From Callorhinchus milii (lineage: Eukaryota), in NCBI RefSeq assembly GCF_018977255.1, contig NW_024704743.1, positions 12,836,001 to 12,900,000 of the forward strand: a DNA stretch of 64,000 nt, written 5' to 3'. Shown here in pieces: positions 24,829 to 38,759 of the stretch (position 1 is the first letter of the stretch; each line of letters starts with the position of its first letter). The notes beneath the pieces were generated by a model that did no database searches, was not told the origin of the DNA, and worked only from the letters and a program-made list of their open reading frames with translations. Both the position numbers and the translations under genes were made by a program.

Positions 24829-26584
24829 GATAGGCTGAGATCACATATTTCCAGGATTCCAACACTTACAACCTTATGATGTGTATTTTCCATGTGGCCA
24901 GGTGTTCTGACCAAATTAAATTGGTCATTTACTTTATGACTGTTTGTAGGACATTGCTGTGCACTATTCAGTTGCCACGTTCACCTACAAAATACACAAT
25001 CACTACACTTTATAGCATATCCTGTCAGGCTTTTTGAGACATCCTTCTGACGTGTAAGGCATTGTATCAAATAAGGATTATTGTTATGTATAAAGTGCCC
25101 TTTATTCACTTCCAATTCTTTAATTATTATTGATTTATAAATTATAATTATAAAGTTACTTAATGATAACAAGTCCAGTATAGACTGTCTGGAGCCTTAT
25201 TATTGCCGTAACCTTTGCTGGCTTCACCCTCTGACCAAAAATCTTTAAGTGTGAACAATACTATCAGTCAGAGGACATCCAGCTGGACTCTGTGATTCCA
25301 CACTGCACAGTTGGCGATCAGATCACACAGCAACATTCTGCACAGTCTGGATTGTACAGAGACATCTCCCTGTGCTCGCATAACCAGGACAAATACCTCT
25401 CGTCCCATGTGTTACTTCACAGACAGCATCCCTTCCTTGTGTAGGTCAAATATTAGAACTGAACCTACCTCTAGTCCATGAATAAAAAAGGTACAACAGG
25501 TGAGGCATCAGGTTTCAGAGTAAAGTCTGCTTAAAAAAGACACAATTAATCCAATCTCTTTAAAGCAGTGTTTGAATGAGCCAAACAAACACAGGCAACC
25601 TTCCAGAATAACCTCAGCCCAAAGAAATGAGCAGTGTTATTTAAGAGCACGTCAATAAGGACACAATGGCAGAGCGTATGTGCTGCCCGTGCTGACGTTC
25701 GTGACTGGCAGGCTTTTCAGTTCTTGGCAATGAACTTGGCCTCTTTGTGGCCTTGAGGTAAGAAGTGTGAGACGCTTTTATCTCTGAGTCTCATTCGTGC
25801 CCCAGGGGAAGAATTCCTTATCAAACTAATTTCTAGCTCTGCCAACTGCTGACCCTTTTACAATTGTCAGTGAAGAAGGATTGGATTCGGGGCTGCACTG
25901 AGCCACCCTGTGGAAATCCCCCATACTGATGAGACAAGTGTTCTACATTGTAGAAAACACTGTGAAATTAGTGAAGCTTAATGCCTTCCCTTGTCGCTCC
26001 CTGAGATCTGTATACCTTTACCACAGCTTAAGGTTAATATTAAATTCTCTTTGCTTCTGGGACTCAACAGTATATTCACAGCTTTGCAAAGATTAAGTTA
26101 GAAATGTAAAAACAGGAGGAGGACAGCCAGCTGATGAGCCTGCTCTGCCAGTTTATTTGATCATGCAGTTCACTTCATGTCTTCTACACGCCTTTTCTCC
26201 AGGCCTTTGGTGGGGCGGGGGTGGTGGGGGGGGATAGGAAGGTCAGAAGAGCCTCTATGGGACATGCTTGACAAAAAAAATCCATATGCACAAATTCATA
26301 TAAATTTTAAAGTGAATTGAAAATTTTCCACACTTTTCTGCACAATCTTAAATTGTAATACAAAATGGTCTTCAAGGTAAGACTGGATGAAATTTCGGGG
26401 CCATGGAGTACTCAGTACGCATAGTCAGAATAGGATATCTCTTTACCCCACCACTGGGTTGAAATTCCACTCAGCATTACACATTGTGTTTTGGTAATGT
26501 TGTCCAATAATCGAATTTCCCCCCATAAAAATCACACATCACCCATGTTTAATGCCAACCAGGACTTCAGCCCACAAATTTGTA

Positions 26585-27332
26585 CACACTGGGCTCTCCC
26601 TCAGACTCACCAACCCAGTGCGCAACCTAGGCGTCCAGATTGAACCCCAGCTGTCCTTCCTGCCCCACATCCGGTCCCTGACCAGGACCACCTTCTTCCA
26701 CCTCCGCCACATTGCCCGCCTCCGACCGTACCTTATAATAATAATAATAATAATAATCCTTGCATTTGATATAGCGCTTTTCACGTCGGGAGGACGTCCC
26801 AAAGCGCTTCACAGAACACACTGTAAAGTGAATTGACTGTATATTTGTGGGCGAACGCGGCAGCCAATTGCGCACAGCAATGTCCCACAAACAGTCGTAG
26901 ATTGAAAATGACCAATTTAATTATTGTTTTGTTTTGGAGGGATTATTATTAGGCTCTGTGTGGAGTAAGGAAACTTGCCCAAGGTTTCGCCCTGCCTGGA
27001 ATTGAACTCAGGTCTCTCACTTGCAAAGCGAGTGCTCTAACCACTGAGCTACAGTACCTTACCCCAAATGCAGCCCAAACCCTCACATCCTCCGCTCCAC
27101 CATCGGAGGTCGTACTTTCAGCCTCTACGCCCCAAAACTCTGGAACACTCTCCCTCAATCCCTCTGTCTTGCCCCCTCTCTCCCCTCTTTCAGTCCCACC
27201 TGAAAGCTTACCTCTTCGACCGTGCTTAAGGCCACCTCCCCCCCGGCTTGGAGTCAGGCTCTGCCATAATTAAGCACTCTGAGACACTACCCTGAGTGGA
27301 GGGCACTATATAAGTGCAAGTTGTTGTTGTTG
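26585..27332 (+). mobile_element. L2 fragment (second subfamily) interrupted by a SINE
   Basis: VRNLGVQIEPQLSF...IARLRPYL resumes as TPNAAQTL after the SINE; (TTG)n tail. Confidence 0.85.
26736..27053 (-). mobile_element. Young SINE with 8-bp target-site duplication
   Basis: GTACCTTA at 26728-26735 and 27054-27061. Confidence 0.92.
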
Positions 27333-28156
27333 AATGACACTAGGTAACTTGAGGCTAAGGTCTTTGTAGATTTACAATCTTAAAAATTACTAGAGCATTC
27401 TCTTTCAAGGTTGGGTTTTCCTACACTTCTTTCATTTCCTGCAATTCGTCACACCTGGTCTCGGAGTGCGGGCAGTCTTCAGAAGCTCCTCTCTCCGTAT
27501 CTTTAGCAACACTGCACTGATAAAATGATATCTTATAGAATTGGCAGCTCATAAGGCTCAGTCTCACCTCACTGGGAGTGAATTTTGACGAGCATCCAAC
27601 TTATAGGTGATATGATCAGTAGTTGGTTTAGAGCAGAGTTGCAGTAGCACTCTAACCCTGCTCAGGTGAAAGAATCTGGGAAAGTGTACTGCTTGAATGA
27701 AACATTCTTCGAATGAGAGATTAAGCTGAGGTCCCGTTGCCCGGTTCGACACCCAGCTGTCCTTCCTCCCCCGTTAGGTGGATGTTAAAGATCCCATTCC
27801 TCTTCTCTTCAAAAAGTTTCTCCTGGGGTTCAGACCAACAATCTCTCAAGTTTGCCCACAAAATACACTATCACTCCTCCTTACAGCATATCCTGTGAAG
27901 TGCTTTGAGACGTCCTCTGGATGTGAAAGGTGATATACCAAATGAAAGGATGATGATTATCATTATTAGAGTTTAACATTGCTGGTGGCAATTTAACCCA
28001 TCTGTATTTCCAATACCTCCAGGTGCTGGAATTGTATATTTTACCTTGGGCCCTTGAATGTAGTCTTTCTCATAATGCTGAAAGAGAGACTTAAAGGTTA
28101 TGTTGTAATTCCCATTCGAGTATGAGAGTCCTTTCAGGGGAGTTGTTTAATTTTAA

Positions 28157-28520
28157 TGAAGTCCTGTAGCATAATGGTTAGAGCGCTCACCTCGCAAGCG
28201 AGAGGACCCAAGTTCGATTCCCGGGCAGGGTGAAACCTTAGGCAAGTTTCCACCTCTGTTTACCTAGCAATAAGTAGAACCCGTTTGTTAGTCAATTTGT
28301 GGATCGCTTCCTGGGGGTATTAATCCCTTCAAAAAAATAAGCAAATAATTTACTCACTCAATCTGTGATTGTTTGTGGGACGTAGCTATATGCAATTGGC
28401 TGCCACATTTCACCACAAAATACACAGTCAAAACACTTTACAATATATTCTGGGAAGTGCTTTTACACGTCTCAACAACGCGATAATATGCTATATCAAA
28501 TACAAGGATTTTGGTTATTA
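28157..28520 (+). mobile_element. tRNA-derived SINE, older subfamily
   Basis: agtcctgtagcataatggttagagc...gttcgattcc head; family tail. Confidence 0.85.
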
Positions 28521-29559
28521 TTTATTATAATAATCAAGGTTCACTGGCTGCACATTAAACTTAGGGATAGACTCAAGATATAACATAGAATCCAGTCAAT
28601 TTGGTAAAATTGTGTGAGAGTTATCAAGTAGGATGTTTTTTTCTAGAAGTTATTTTAAAATGTGAGCCGTGGGGATGGGGATCGGTTACAAATTGTTCTA
28701 TCTGCCGGGAGCTGACCCTGTCAGTCAACAAGGCAACAAGGCAGAATGGTCCTGAGGGGAGAGGCTCAGGGGAGGCAGCAGAGGGGAGGCGTTTGCTGTC
28801 TCGGACGCCTCAGTTATTACAAAGCAGGTTGGTACATTCTTTCTTAACTGAGTGTTTTGTATTTTTAAATGAAACATACAATGTTATCTTTCTTTGTGCT
28901 ATATGTAATATATTAGGAATGCTGAAGACTTTTCCTTCCTGCCCCTGCATTCAGTGCATTCATTCGCCACATCAGCTGTTTGTGGCCTGGAGGTATTGTG
29001 ATCTGGACATGGGCCGGATACGTGGTCGCATGAGGTCACTGATGTCCAAGTCTACGACTGATAACTTGCATTCAATGCCACAGGAGGAAGGGATTGAGCC
29101 CGATTGTCTAATGGTTTCCTGTACAGTAGCTGCACAGATACCGCAATGCTCAAACAACGCTGTTTTTCATTTAAGCTTCCTTTTGTTCTTCCGAACAAAG
29201 TGGTTCGGATATTCCCCTATAATGTGTGTGTAATTTTTTCTAAGTGTGCCTCACTCACCAGAGAACAAATAGTTTGCTGAGAACTGACACCAGCTGTAAA
29301 ATTCCAGAAGTGCCAATCAAATGTGGCAAAATATTATAGTAAAATGTCTTATTCCTTGAAGTGAAATAAAGCCCTTTCTGTTCTATCTGAAGCCTGAAAT
29401 AACTTCAAGACTGCGGTATAGCAGACTTGCATTTCCACTGTCCAGTAGTATATGCTGAGAGTCGCAATACCATTTGGATTAACTGATAAAGAAAAAAAAG
29501 TTACTGATGCCACCCACACCTGGATTGTTCTGAACAAGTCAACAACAACCTCATCAACA

Positions 29560-29855
29560 ACAACGCCCTCCACACCGGGTAGCATCTCGGAGCACTTAAC
29601 AGTGGCGGAGGCTGACTCCGAGCTGGGTGGGGATGGGGGGGAGGTGACTGTAGGCACCGTCAAACAGGAAGGTCTTTAGGTGGGACTTGAAAAAGGGGAG
29701 AGAGGGGGCAAGGCAGAGGGATTGAGGAAGAGTGTTCCACGGTTTTGGGGCATAGTGGCTGAAAGTGCAACCTCCAATTGTGAAGCGGAGGGCACGAGGG
29801 ACGAGCAGGAGGTCGGTGCTTAGTCGAACGGTGGTGCGAGGAGATCGGAGAGGTT
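29560..29855 (-). mobile_element. L2 3' fragment
   Basis: aggtgggacttgaaaaaggggagagagggggcaaggcagaggg is the reverse complement of about 27160-27200. Confidence 0.7.
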
Positions 29856-30069
29856 TTTTTAGAAAAAACCCAATAATCTCAACTGTTGTTTAGATAGTTC
29901 TATGTTTAGAATTTCCAAATGATTCAAAGTAATACATTTAAATGCTGATTCTGCAACTTTATTTGTGGAATTTGACAATTTTCTTTAACATTTGCCGGCA
30001 AATGTACGTCACTACATTTTACAGTAAAACTTGTGAAATGCCAAAGAAATGTTTGATGATATAATGACT

Positions 30070-30425
30070 GTGGATTCCTATAGCTTAGTGGTTAGAGCAC
30101 TTGCCTCACAAGCTGGAGAACCTGGGCAGGGTGAAATGTTGGGCAAGTTTCCTTACTCCAAACGCCTCTGTTTACCTAGCAGTAAGTTGGAACCTGGTTG
30201 TTAGTCGATTGGTGGATTGCTTTTCCGGGGCAACAATCCCTTAAAAAAAATTGGTCACTTAATCCACGACTGTTTGTGGGACACTGTTGTGCGCATTTTT
30301 TGCTGTATTTGCTGTATTTTGCCCACAAAACATATAGTCAATTCACTTAACAGCATATTCTGTGAAGTGCTTTGAGATGTCTGGAAGATGTGATAAAGTG
30401 CTATATCAAATGCAAGTATTATTAT
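30070..30425 (+). mobile_element. tRNA-derived SINE, older subfamily
   Basis: gtggattcctatagcttagtggttagagcac head; family body and tail. Confidence 0.85.
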
Positions 30426-31202
30426 AAAATATCGAAAGTAAAGATTATTATTAATAATAAATAAGAAACAGGTAAATTGAGAATTCAAGTAAAATGGAAA
30501 GTCCATTAAGATCATAACTGTAAATCCCATATTTAATTTTTTAATCTTCACATTTTATATCGCGCATTTCACATTGGAACAATATCTCAAAGTTCTTCAA
30601 AGGATTTATTGTAAAGTGTAGATACTGTGTAATTTGAAAGTGAATACAGCAGCCAATTTGCACACAACAATGGCCCACAAACCGCCATAAAGTGAATAAC
30701 CAATTTTATCTGAGGGATATTTATAGTGTCCACATGCAAGCTTTTTTTTTAGTTCTCTAAAGATACCAAAGTTAAATTTAAGTTACAGATCTTTCTAAAT
30801 GTATAATTTTCCATCTCTGGAAAATTATATTGGCCCCCAGTCTACTTTCAATAAAACAATAGAAGACCCTCTGTATGCCCTAGAAGTACACCAGTTAGGT
30901 TTCTTCAGTGGATTTTGAATACAATGTGACGATTGTTGTTTTTGAATGTAAAACATTAAGGAAACATTTAACAAAGCCAAACTGTCGATTCTCCAAAATT
31001 GTTCTTTCCCGTAAATAAAGTTGTTAAAGACTTTAATGTTGTGCAAGTCTAATAGGACCTCCTGCTAAATTTCCTAGCATATGGGCTATCGTAGCTTGTT
31101 ATCTGTAAATCTTTCCCAGGTTGAAGCCCACATTTAACCTCCTCAACATCATGCTGCTGGAAAAGTAAAAGAGCAAATGTACAAAACACGGTAGCCTTTA
31201 AA

Positions 31203-31610
31203 TAACAACAGCAGCAACAAAATTACATTTGTAAAGCGCCTTTCACGTCGGGAGGATGTCCCAAGGCGCTGAACAGTCAGGGATCAGGACCCGAGCATGG
31301 GGGGCTGGGGGCAGGGATGGGATGAGGGAGGGTAGAGAGATAGGAGTGCAGCTGAAGGCATGGTCGAAAAGGAGGGTCTTGAGTCATGCCTTGAAGGAGG
31401 CAAGAGAGGAAGCAAGGTGAAGGGATTGTGGAATAGAGTTCCAAAGGATGCGGTCACAGAGCCTGGTATGGGAGAGGATGTGAGCTGCAAAGTTCTGGAT
31501 GATCTGCAGCTTGTGGAGGGAAGAGTTGGTGAGGCCGACAAGGAGGGAGTTTCCGTAGTTGAGCCTTGAGGTGATGAGTGCGAGTATGAGGCTTTCGGTG
31601 GCCTCAGGGG
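31203..31610 (-). mobile_element. L2 3' fragment with internal deletion
   Basis: SRLNYGNSLLVGL...HTRLCD joined to LWNSIPQSL; (CAA)n tail. Confidence 0.88.
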
Positions 31611-33169
31611 CCACTGATAAAATACTTTGAAATCAGTCTGCAATCTATTTCAGCCAGTTTAAAAATAAGGGAGAAATGCTATTTGGGCCTAGCTTTACTC
31701 TATTTCTATATCACTTTAGAGCATACAGACATTGGCAAATTCTTAAATTCTTTTAAAACCTACAGGAAGAATAACTTCAAGGTTAAGACTGCATTTGCCT
31801 GCTTCTGAACAGCTCTAAGATGTTTCATAGAGTAAATCTCGATGCAGGTGAAATTTCTCCCCTAGAGTGTTAGAATAGTATATGTTTTAAAACTGAAGGT
31901 GCTTATTCTGGTTGTAACAGTGTCTAATCTGTCATATCTGTTAATGTCAACTCCTGGGAATTCCATTCTGGAAGTAGATTGGATCAGAATGGTGTTCATG
32001 CTGCTCATATTTCCAACGTGGGAAGAATTTCCATATGCTTGACTTGGATTTCTTATTAAAGCTTCCGATTATGAAATATTGCAAATTAGATCCTGTTATT
32101 TGTGATTTTAGTTGTTGGGTATTGGTTAGATACTAATTTATCAGAAGATGAAGAGAAATACTGAGGTAGTGAGAGTCTTTTTGGCTTTGTGACTTTGAGC
32201 TTGACTGTTTGTGAGACATTGCTCCGCGCAAATTGGCTGCTGTATTTACTTAAAAAATGTAATCACTACAATTTACAGGAAATCTTGTGAAGTGCTTTGA
32301 GATGTCCCCCTAAAAGGTGTTGTATCGAATGCAAAGGTTATTTATTCATTTATTTTTGAACTACAAAATATTATATAAATAATTCAGGATTTTATCTGGA
32401 CAAATCTAAATTTGTGGTCACCTAGTCTAGTACAGATATGGTGAAAATAAATTGTCATGTCAAATTTCTTGATTACATTCACCCAACATTTCTGCTGTAG
32501 TCAGGCAGCATATTTGGCTATACAATTCCATTCATGATTTAACTTCTCCCCAGCTCAAACTAAGGAAAAATTAAGTCGCTATAAACATATAATTTTAACT
32601 TCCCAGTGTTGAAAGAATTCCTCCTTAAAAGATTTTTTACAAATGTTTAAAAACAGGCTTAACCCTACTATTTTAACTGTGTATTTCGTCCACAAAATAC
32701 ACATTCAATCCACTTTACAATATATTTTTTGAGACATCTCAATGACATGATAAGGTCAGGTGCAAGCATTATTATTATTATTATTATTATTATTATAGCA
32801 TTCACATCCACGATCTTCCAGCATTCTCCTTCTGTTTATGTATTTCAACAAGTTTGTTGCAAAATTAGCGAGTGGAGGAATATCAATTCCTATATTTACA
32901 CAATCAGGATAATTCCAGGTGCAATACTTCAAAGCAAGACCATTGAATCAAAGCCTTCCCTTGAACTTGGTGTTTCGTGAAAGAAGGAAAGCCATGTCCG
33001 GGTGTATAGGATGCTCCAGTGTAGCCAAACCTGGACAGATATTGCAATTAAATAGAAATGTTGCATCCATTCCTCACATAGTCTAAGTCAGAGCCTCATG
33101 AATTTAGCCTTAAGACAATTGTCTTAAAACAGAAGATCATACAGAATTGTGGAGAATTATTACATTTTC

Positions 33170-34218
33170 CAGATTATCCAGAACTCTGCAGCTAGTCTTC
33201 TCTCCCATGCCAAACTCCGTGAACTGATCACCCCCATCCTCACCCCGGCTCCATTTGTTCCTCATCCCTCAGAGGATGGAGTTTAAAATCCTTGTCCTTA
33301 CTTTGAAAGCCCTCCATGGTTTTGCTCCCCTCTACTTCTGCAACCACTAACATCAAGCTGTCCACTCCCTCCATTCGGCGGGCACTAGCCTGATTCATTT
33401 TCCCAACGCTTCCTTTCACAAGCTGCAGTTCATCCAAAACTCTGCAGCTCGTGTACTCTCAGGCACCAGGCTCATCACTCCCACCCTCGCCTGACTCCAC
33501 TAGCTCCCCATCCCCCAGAGGATTGATGTCAAGCTCCTCGTCCTCACTTTCAAGGCCATCCATGACCTTACCCCCTCCTACCTCTCTGACCTGCTGACTC
33601 CCTACCAACCTGCCCGCTCCCTCCTCTCATCACGCTCCAGTCTGCACCATGTCTCCCGCCCGACCCGCCCTATCATTGGTGGTCGGGCTTTCAGCCTCTC
33701 TGGCCCCACACTCTGGAACTCCATCCCACGGTCCCTTTGCCTCACTTCCTCCCTTGCCTCCTTCAAGGCTGTCTCAAGACCCTCTCTTCGATCGTGCCTT
33801 TGGTTTCCCTCCCACCTCTCTGCCTTCCCTCACCCCTACACCACCCATCCCCCATGCTCGGGCCCCGACACCTAACTGTTCAGCGCTTTGGGATGTCCTC
33901 CCGATGTGAAAGGCACTCTAGAAATGTAATTTTGTTGTTGTTGTTGCCTGCCCTGCCCATCCCACCATTGGCGGTTGGGCCTTCAGCTTCTTGCCTGCAA
34001 CCTCTGGAACTCCATCCCCAAACCTCCCGCCTAGCCCTTTCCCTCGCCTCCTTCAAGATCTTCCTGTTTGATCTTGCCTTCGGCCACACTCCCACCTAGA
34101 CTCCCCCTACCCTCCAACCCTTTTGATTCCAACCCCAGCTCAGGTGCAACTGTTAACTGTCCACCACCTTGGGATGTCCTTCTAACATGAAATATATAAA
34201 TATAATTTGTTGTCGTTG
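33170..34218 (+). mobile_element. Cluster of nested L2 3' fragments
   Basis: Two QNSAA segments and two L2 tails (about 33945 and 34215). Confidence 0.82.
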
Positions 34219-34914
34219 AAAAGTTAACAGCAAGATTCTGCAATGATACAGCTTAGGATTGAGTTGAAAAGACATGTATATGTGCTGATGTCAAAGAAAA
34301 AGGTAATAATAAAAGCAACCTTCACCTTTTATATTCTCCATATTTATAAGTGACTGTGTGACCTGAGGCAAGTTACCTTCTCACAATGTTATATCACATT
34401 GAAGCTTGAGCTAGAACTGAGTCAGTCAACCATAGCACCTTGTCTGAAAAGCTTTTTTTCACATTTTTACTTAAATTTATTTTCTTTAATAATGTGATAT
34501 TGCCCAATTGCTAAAGGTCCACAGATGCAAGTATAGAATGACGCTGTCTCTGAGGCAAATCATTGAGTTTTTCCTTTGCTGATAATTTTCGGATACCTTT
34601 GCATATCCGTCTGGCGGGCCATTGAGCCAGCAGATCCTGTGGCGGGGAAGCAGGCCAGGGAGAAAAACAATCATACTGATTCTTTCCTGTTTTGTGTAAA
34701 ACAGAGATTAGAGCATACTCAACAAAGTGATAAGGCTTTCCACATTCCTGGTGAAATGTGCTGCTTACATTTGCTCCCATGTGCATACTCTTACAGTTCC
34801 TGTAAGCTTCATTTTCCAATAACAGTTAAGACAATCTAATGCATTTGACTATAATGATCATGTTATAGTTGCTATCTTTAGCTCAATCCTTTCCCCATGT
34901 GCAGTACTAATACT

Positions 34915-35398
34915 ACTACCACTACTATTAATCCTTGCTTTTGATATGACACTTTATCATGGGGTCAAAACGTCTCAGAGCGCTTCACAGGATATACTGT
35001 AAAGTGGATTGATTGTGTATTTTGTGGGTGAAATGCGGCAGCCAGTTTCCGCATAGCAGTGTCCAACAAACAGCCATAGAGTATGTGACCAATATTTTAT
35101 TTGATGGATTGTTGGGAGAATCCACCAAATAGAGGACATTGTTGGGAGGACATTGGGAGAAACTCCTTTCTCTTTTCAAATAGTGCCATAGGATCTTTAA
35201 TGTTCACCTGAGCAGGCAGACAGGTCCTCGGTTTAACCTCTTAACCAAAGAACGGCACCTCCGACAATGCAACACTCCCCAGCACCTCATTGGAGTGTCA
35301 GCATAGACTATGTGACTCCATGTCCCGTCAAGGGGTTCGAACTCACAGCCTTCGGTCTCAGAGGTGAGAGTGTGACCAATGAGCCAGGCTGACACACC
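34915..35398 (-). mobile_element. Deu-domain SINE, full length
   Basis: Head gtgtcagcctggctcattgg...gagttcga, core ggtgccgttctttggttaagaggttaaaccgaggacc, L2-type tail. Confidence 0.82.
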
Positions 35399-35804
35399 AC
35401 ATAAAATGTGGTCAATTGCCCATGCCGTGTACAAGTGAAATTGTTGATTCTCAGGGTGTATAGAGCAGGGTATATATTTGAGAAATGTTCTGTTCCTAGT
35501 CAACATATATAGATACAATCAGAATAAAATACACGTGGCAGGACCGTTGACCTCAACATCATTTATTTGATGCTTATTATATTTTGTTGTTGCCAAGCAG
35601 TGAATGCTAAATAATTTGACTATTACTAATAATATAATAATAATCCTTGAATGTGATATGATATATTCCCCTCCCTTCCCCCCCCACCCACCTCCCCCCC
35701 CCGGCCCCAGCTTGGGTCTGAAATGCTGTACTCTGTCCAGCGCCTTGGGACGTCCTCCCAACGTGAAAGGGGCCATACAAATATAATGTTGTTGTTGTTA
35801 CATT

Positions 35805-36080
35805 ATTAATCCTTATCACATCGTTGTGGTGTCTCAAAGGGCTTCACAGAATATACTGTAAAGTGAACGGATTGTATATTTTATGGGCAAAACACTGCAG
35901 CCAATTGCACGCAGCGGAGTCCCACCCCATTGAGTGACCAAATTTTTTTTTTTTGAACTGATTATGCTTGGTAAACAGAGATGCCTGGAGTAATGAAGCA
36001 TTCTTGAGGTTTCGCCCTGCCCAGGAATCAAACCTGGGTCCTCTCGCTTGCAAGGTGAGTGCTCTAACAAATGTGATACA
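35805..36080 (-). mobile_element. tRNA-derived SINE, degraded
   Basis: ggtttcgccctgcccaggaatcaaacctgggtcctctcgcttgc. Confidence 0.75.
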
Positions 36081-37114
36081 AGCCCAGGTAAGCCAGCTAA
36101 TGAAAAACTAGTTGAAATATTCAAATATTGTGCTCTGATGGACCTTGGTCTTCTTTCGCCTAACAAATTCTTATGTTCTCTAAAAAGTAGAAATGAAACA
36201 ACTGACTCAACCAAATTAGAGTGACATTTTATAGTGCTCAGGTGGCAAAGAGCCACCAGATTTAACCAGATTACAACCAGATTTAAGCTGAATTGTTAGT
36301 TTCAGTAAAACAATGCATTTATTGAAACTGGATTTCATGTAAAGAAATACCCAGCTGAGTGCAAAAGTGACACGTTGGGTAGTAATATTAATAATAATAA
36401 TCCTGGCATTTGATATTGCAATTGTGAAAGAGTTAACAGTTTTTAAAAAAAATTCAAAAGGCAGAAAACAGCAGGAAACAATCATAATATGAAATAAATA
36501 AAATGAAATTCAAAATAACACACAACCATAAATAAGAATCAGTGAGGAAATGTTGCTGCATAGTCTCACCTCACCATAATACCTTAAATGGTCACAGAAA
36601 ACATTGCAAATGTTTATAGTGTTCTGTGACAGGGAGAGAAAGAGACAGCTGACCTATGAAAATAAATACAAATTAGATACCACATTCACCTGCAAAACAC
36701 AGTCTCTACTTTACAGTGCATCCTGTGTAATATTTTGAGATGTCCTCCCTATGTAAAAGGCTCTATATTCAAATACAAGGAATATTATTATAACATATGA
36801 TCCTTGCAGTATTGCTGTTTTTTAAAGCAATTCATTCACTTTTGCCTTGTAAATCTCATCTATAATATTCTGTACCAATAATTGTTGCTTCTATGTCTTC
36901 TGGGATAGTCTTGTTATGTAAGTTAAGATGTAAAACAGATGTTTGTTCCTAGAGGTAAATCATGTGATCAAAAAGATCCAACTGCTGCTTAAGCACTACA
37001 CCTCTATTTGGTGGAACCATTGCCAACCAGGAAGCTCGCAGGGAGTTCCTAGTACCTACCATACACCTAGTGAGGGCTGAATCCCATGCTAGCGAAGGCT
37101 CAAACCCGCACTTG

Positions 37115-37966
37115 TCAGATGTGTCTGTCAGACATCAAGTCCTGGAATGAGAACCAATTTTCTACAGTTGAATGTTGACAAGACCAAGCCCCTGTTGCTG
37201 GCTCTCACCAAGCGGATTTACTCACCTCAGGCATTGACAGCATCAATGTTCATGGATGCACTCTCCATCTCACTGAACCACCTCAGAACCTTGGTGTCTT
37301 GTTCAACCCTCAACTGTCTTTTAAACCCCACATCTGTGCCATGATCCATTCTACCTTCCCCACCTCCACAACATTACCCGTCTCCACCACAATCTCTCCC
37401 CTATCTTAGGTTGTTGAGAATCTCATCCAAGCCTTCATTACATCCAGGCTTACGTGGCAAACTCCCTGCTTGCCGGACTTCCCAACTCTTCCCTCCACAA
37501 ATTGCAAATTATTCAGAACACGGCAGCTCATGTCCTCTCCTGCCCCAGGCTCCGGGAGCAACTCAACTGTATCCTCACCTGCCTTGATTGGCTCCCCATC
37601 TTCCAGATCGAATTTAAGATCGTTGCTCCTCTACCTCTGTGACCTCCTAAATTTCTACCAACTTGTCCACTCCTTCTGTTTGGCGGGCCTGCTCCAACAT
37701 GGGCTGTCGGGCCTTCAGCCTTTCTGCTCTCTGAAATTCCATCCTGGAATACCTCTGCCTCGCACCCTCCCTTGCCTCATTCAAACCCCTGTCTCAAGAC
37801 TTTCATCTTTGAGCATGTCTTCAGTCACCTTTCCATCCTGACGCCTCTTGCTCTCAACTCCTCTTGATTCCAACCCCGAGCTTGAGTGCAAGTGCCTAGG
37901 GACGTCCAGGGCCTAGGGACGTCCTCCCGATATGAAAGGTGCCATATCATTGCAATTTGCTGTTGT
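37115..37966 (+). mobile_element. Degraded L2 3' fragment
   Basis: MRTNFLQLNVDKTK; NSLLAGLPNSSLHKLQIIQNTAA. Confidence 0.85.
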
Positions 37967-37984
37967 CAAACGATCAACTAATGA

Positions 37985-38535
37985 CTATCCTCCTTGTGTG
38001 GGAGGTAAGTAAGATCTCATGGAGCTGAACTGGATCCAAGGTGATATATTTGGCAATGGAATGTTGTTCTTGGTAGTCCAGTTCCTGAGCCAGGTGGGTC
38101 TGCAGTATTCCAGGGCATTGTTGATGACAGCACAACCAGGCTGCTTATCAGCAGTACTTGGAAAGGTAGACCATTCACTGGGGGCAGGGACTCTTCCCAC
38201 TCAGCTCTCATTAACCCTGTAAGCCAAAGCCCTAACGGGTAGTGTGGTCCGCACTAGACAAGCAGTGGGAAAGCTTGGGCAGTACTCTGAGTGGTTTTAG
38301 CTGGTTAGACTCAACAGTACCGACACACGCACTAGGTTTCCCAAATCCTGATTTTTGCCAACCTGCACCCTCCAGAGAGAGAGTGCACATTTTATTCCTG
38401 TAAACATCTTTGGAATTTCCACATATAGGTGGTAAGCTTGGTATACATTCCATGTATGGGTGGGAGGAACTCTTAAGCATGGTTATGGATTTCTGCATGA
38501 GTCAGACATCCAGCTGACCAAAAAAAATCCAATGG
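37985..38535 (+). repeat. Unclassified interspersed repeat of about 550 bp
   Basis: Aligns by eye to 46620-46985 plus 47460-47640, to 56050-56440 and, inverted, to 23035-23220. Confidence 0.7.
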
Positions 38536-38759
38536 AAAACACCTGAAGGCTTAAAAGCCCTGAGAGTGAACTGAAAACAGAAAGAGAAAGTAGGCGGTAA
38601 CGGCTGCTGTGAACTTAGAATAAAGTTGAAACCTCTGAACCTTGGAGGGAAAGTGTTTTTGATCTTATTTGAGCGGTGTCACACAACCGTCTGATTTTAA
38701 ATATAGTGCATTAGATCAAGACCTTCACTCAGCCTCTCTGTTTTGTCCACTTTTTTAAA

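Noticed and set aside
28601..29233. 210-aa ORF
   Set aside because: Non-ATG start, no recognisable domain and no convincing splice signals; left unassigned.
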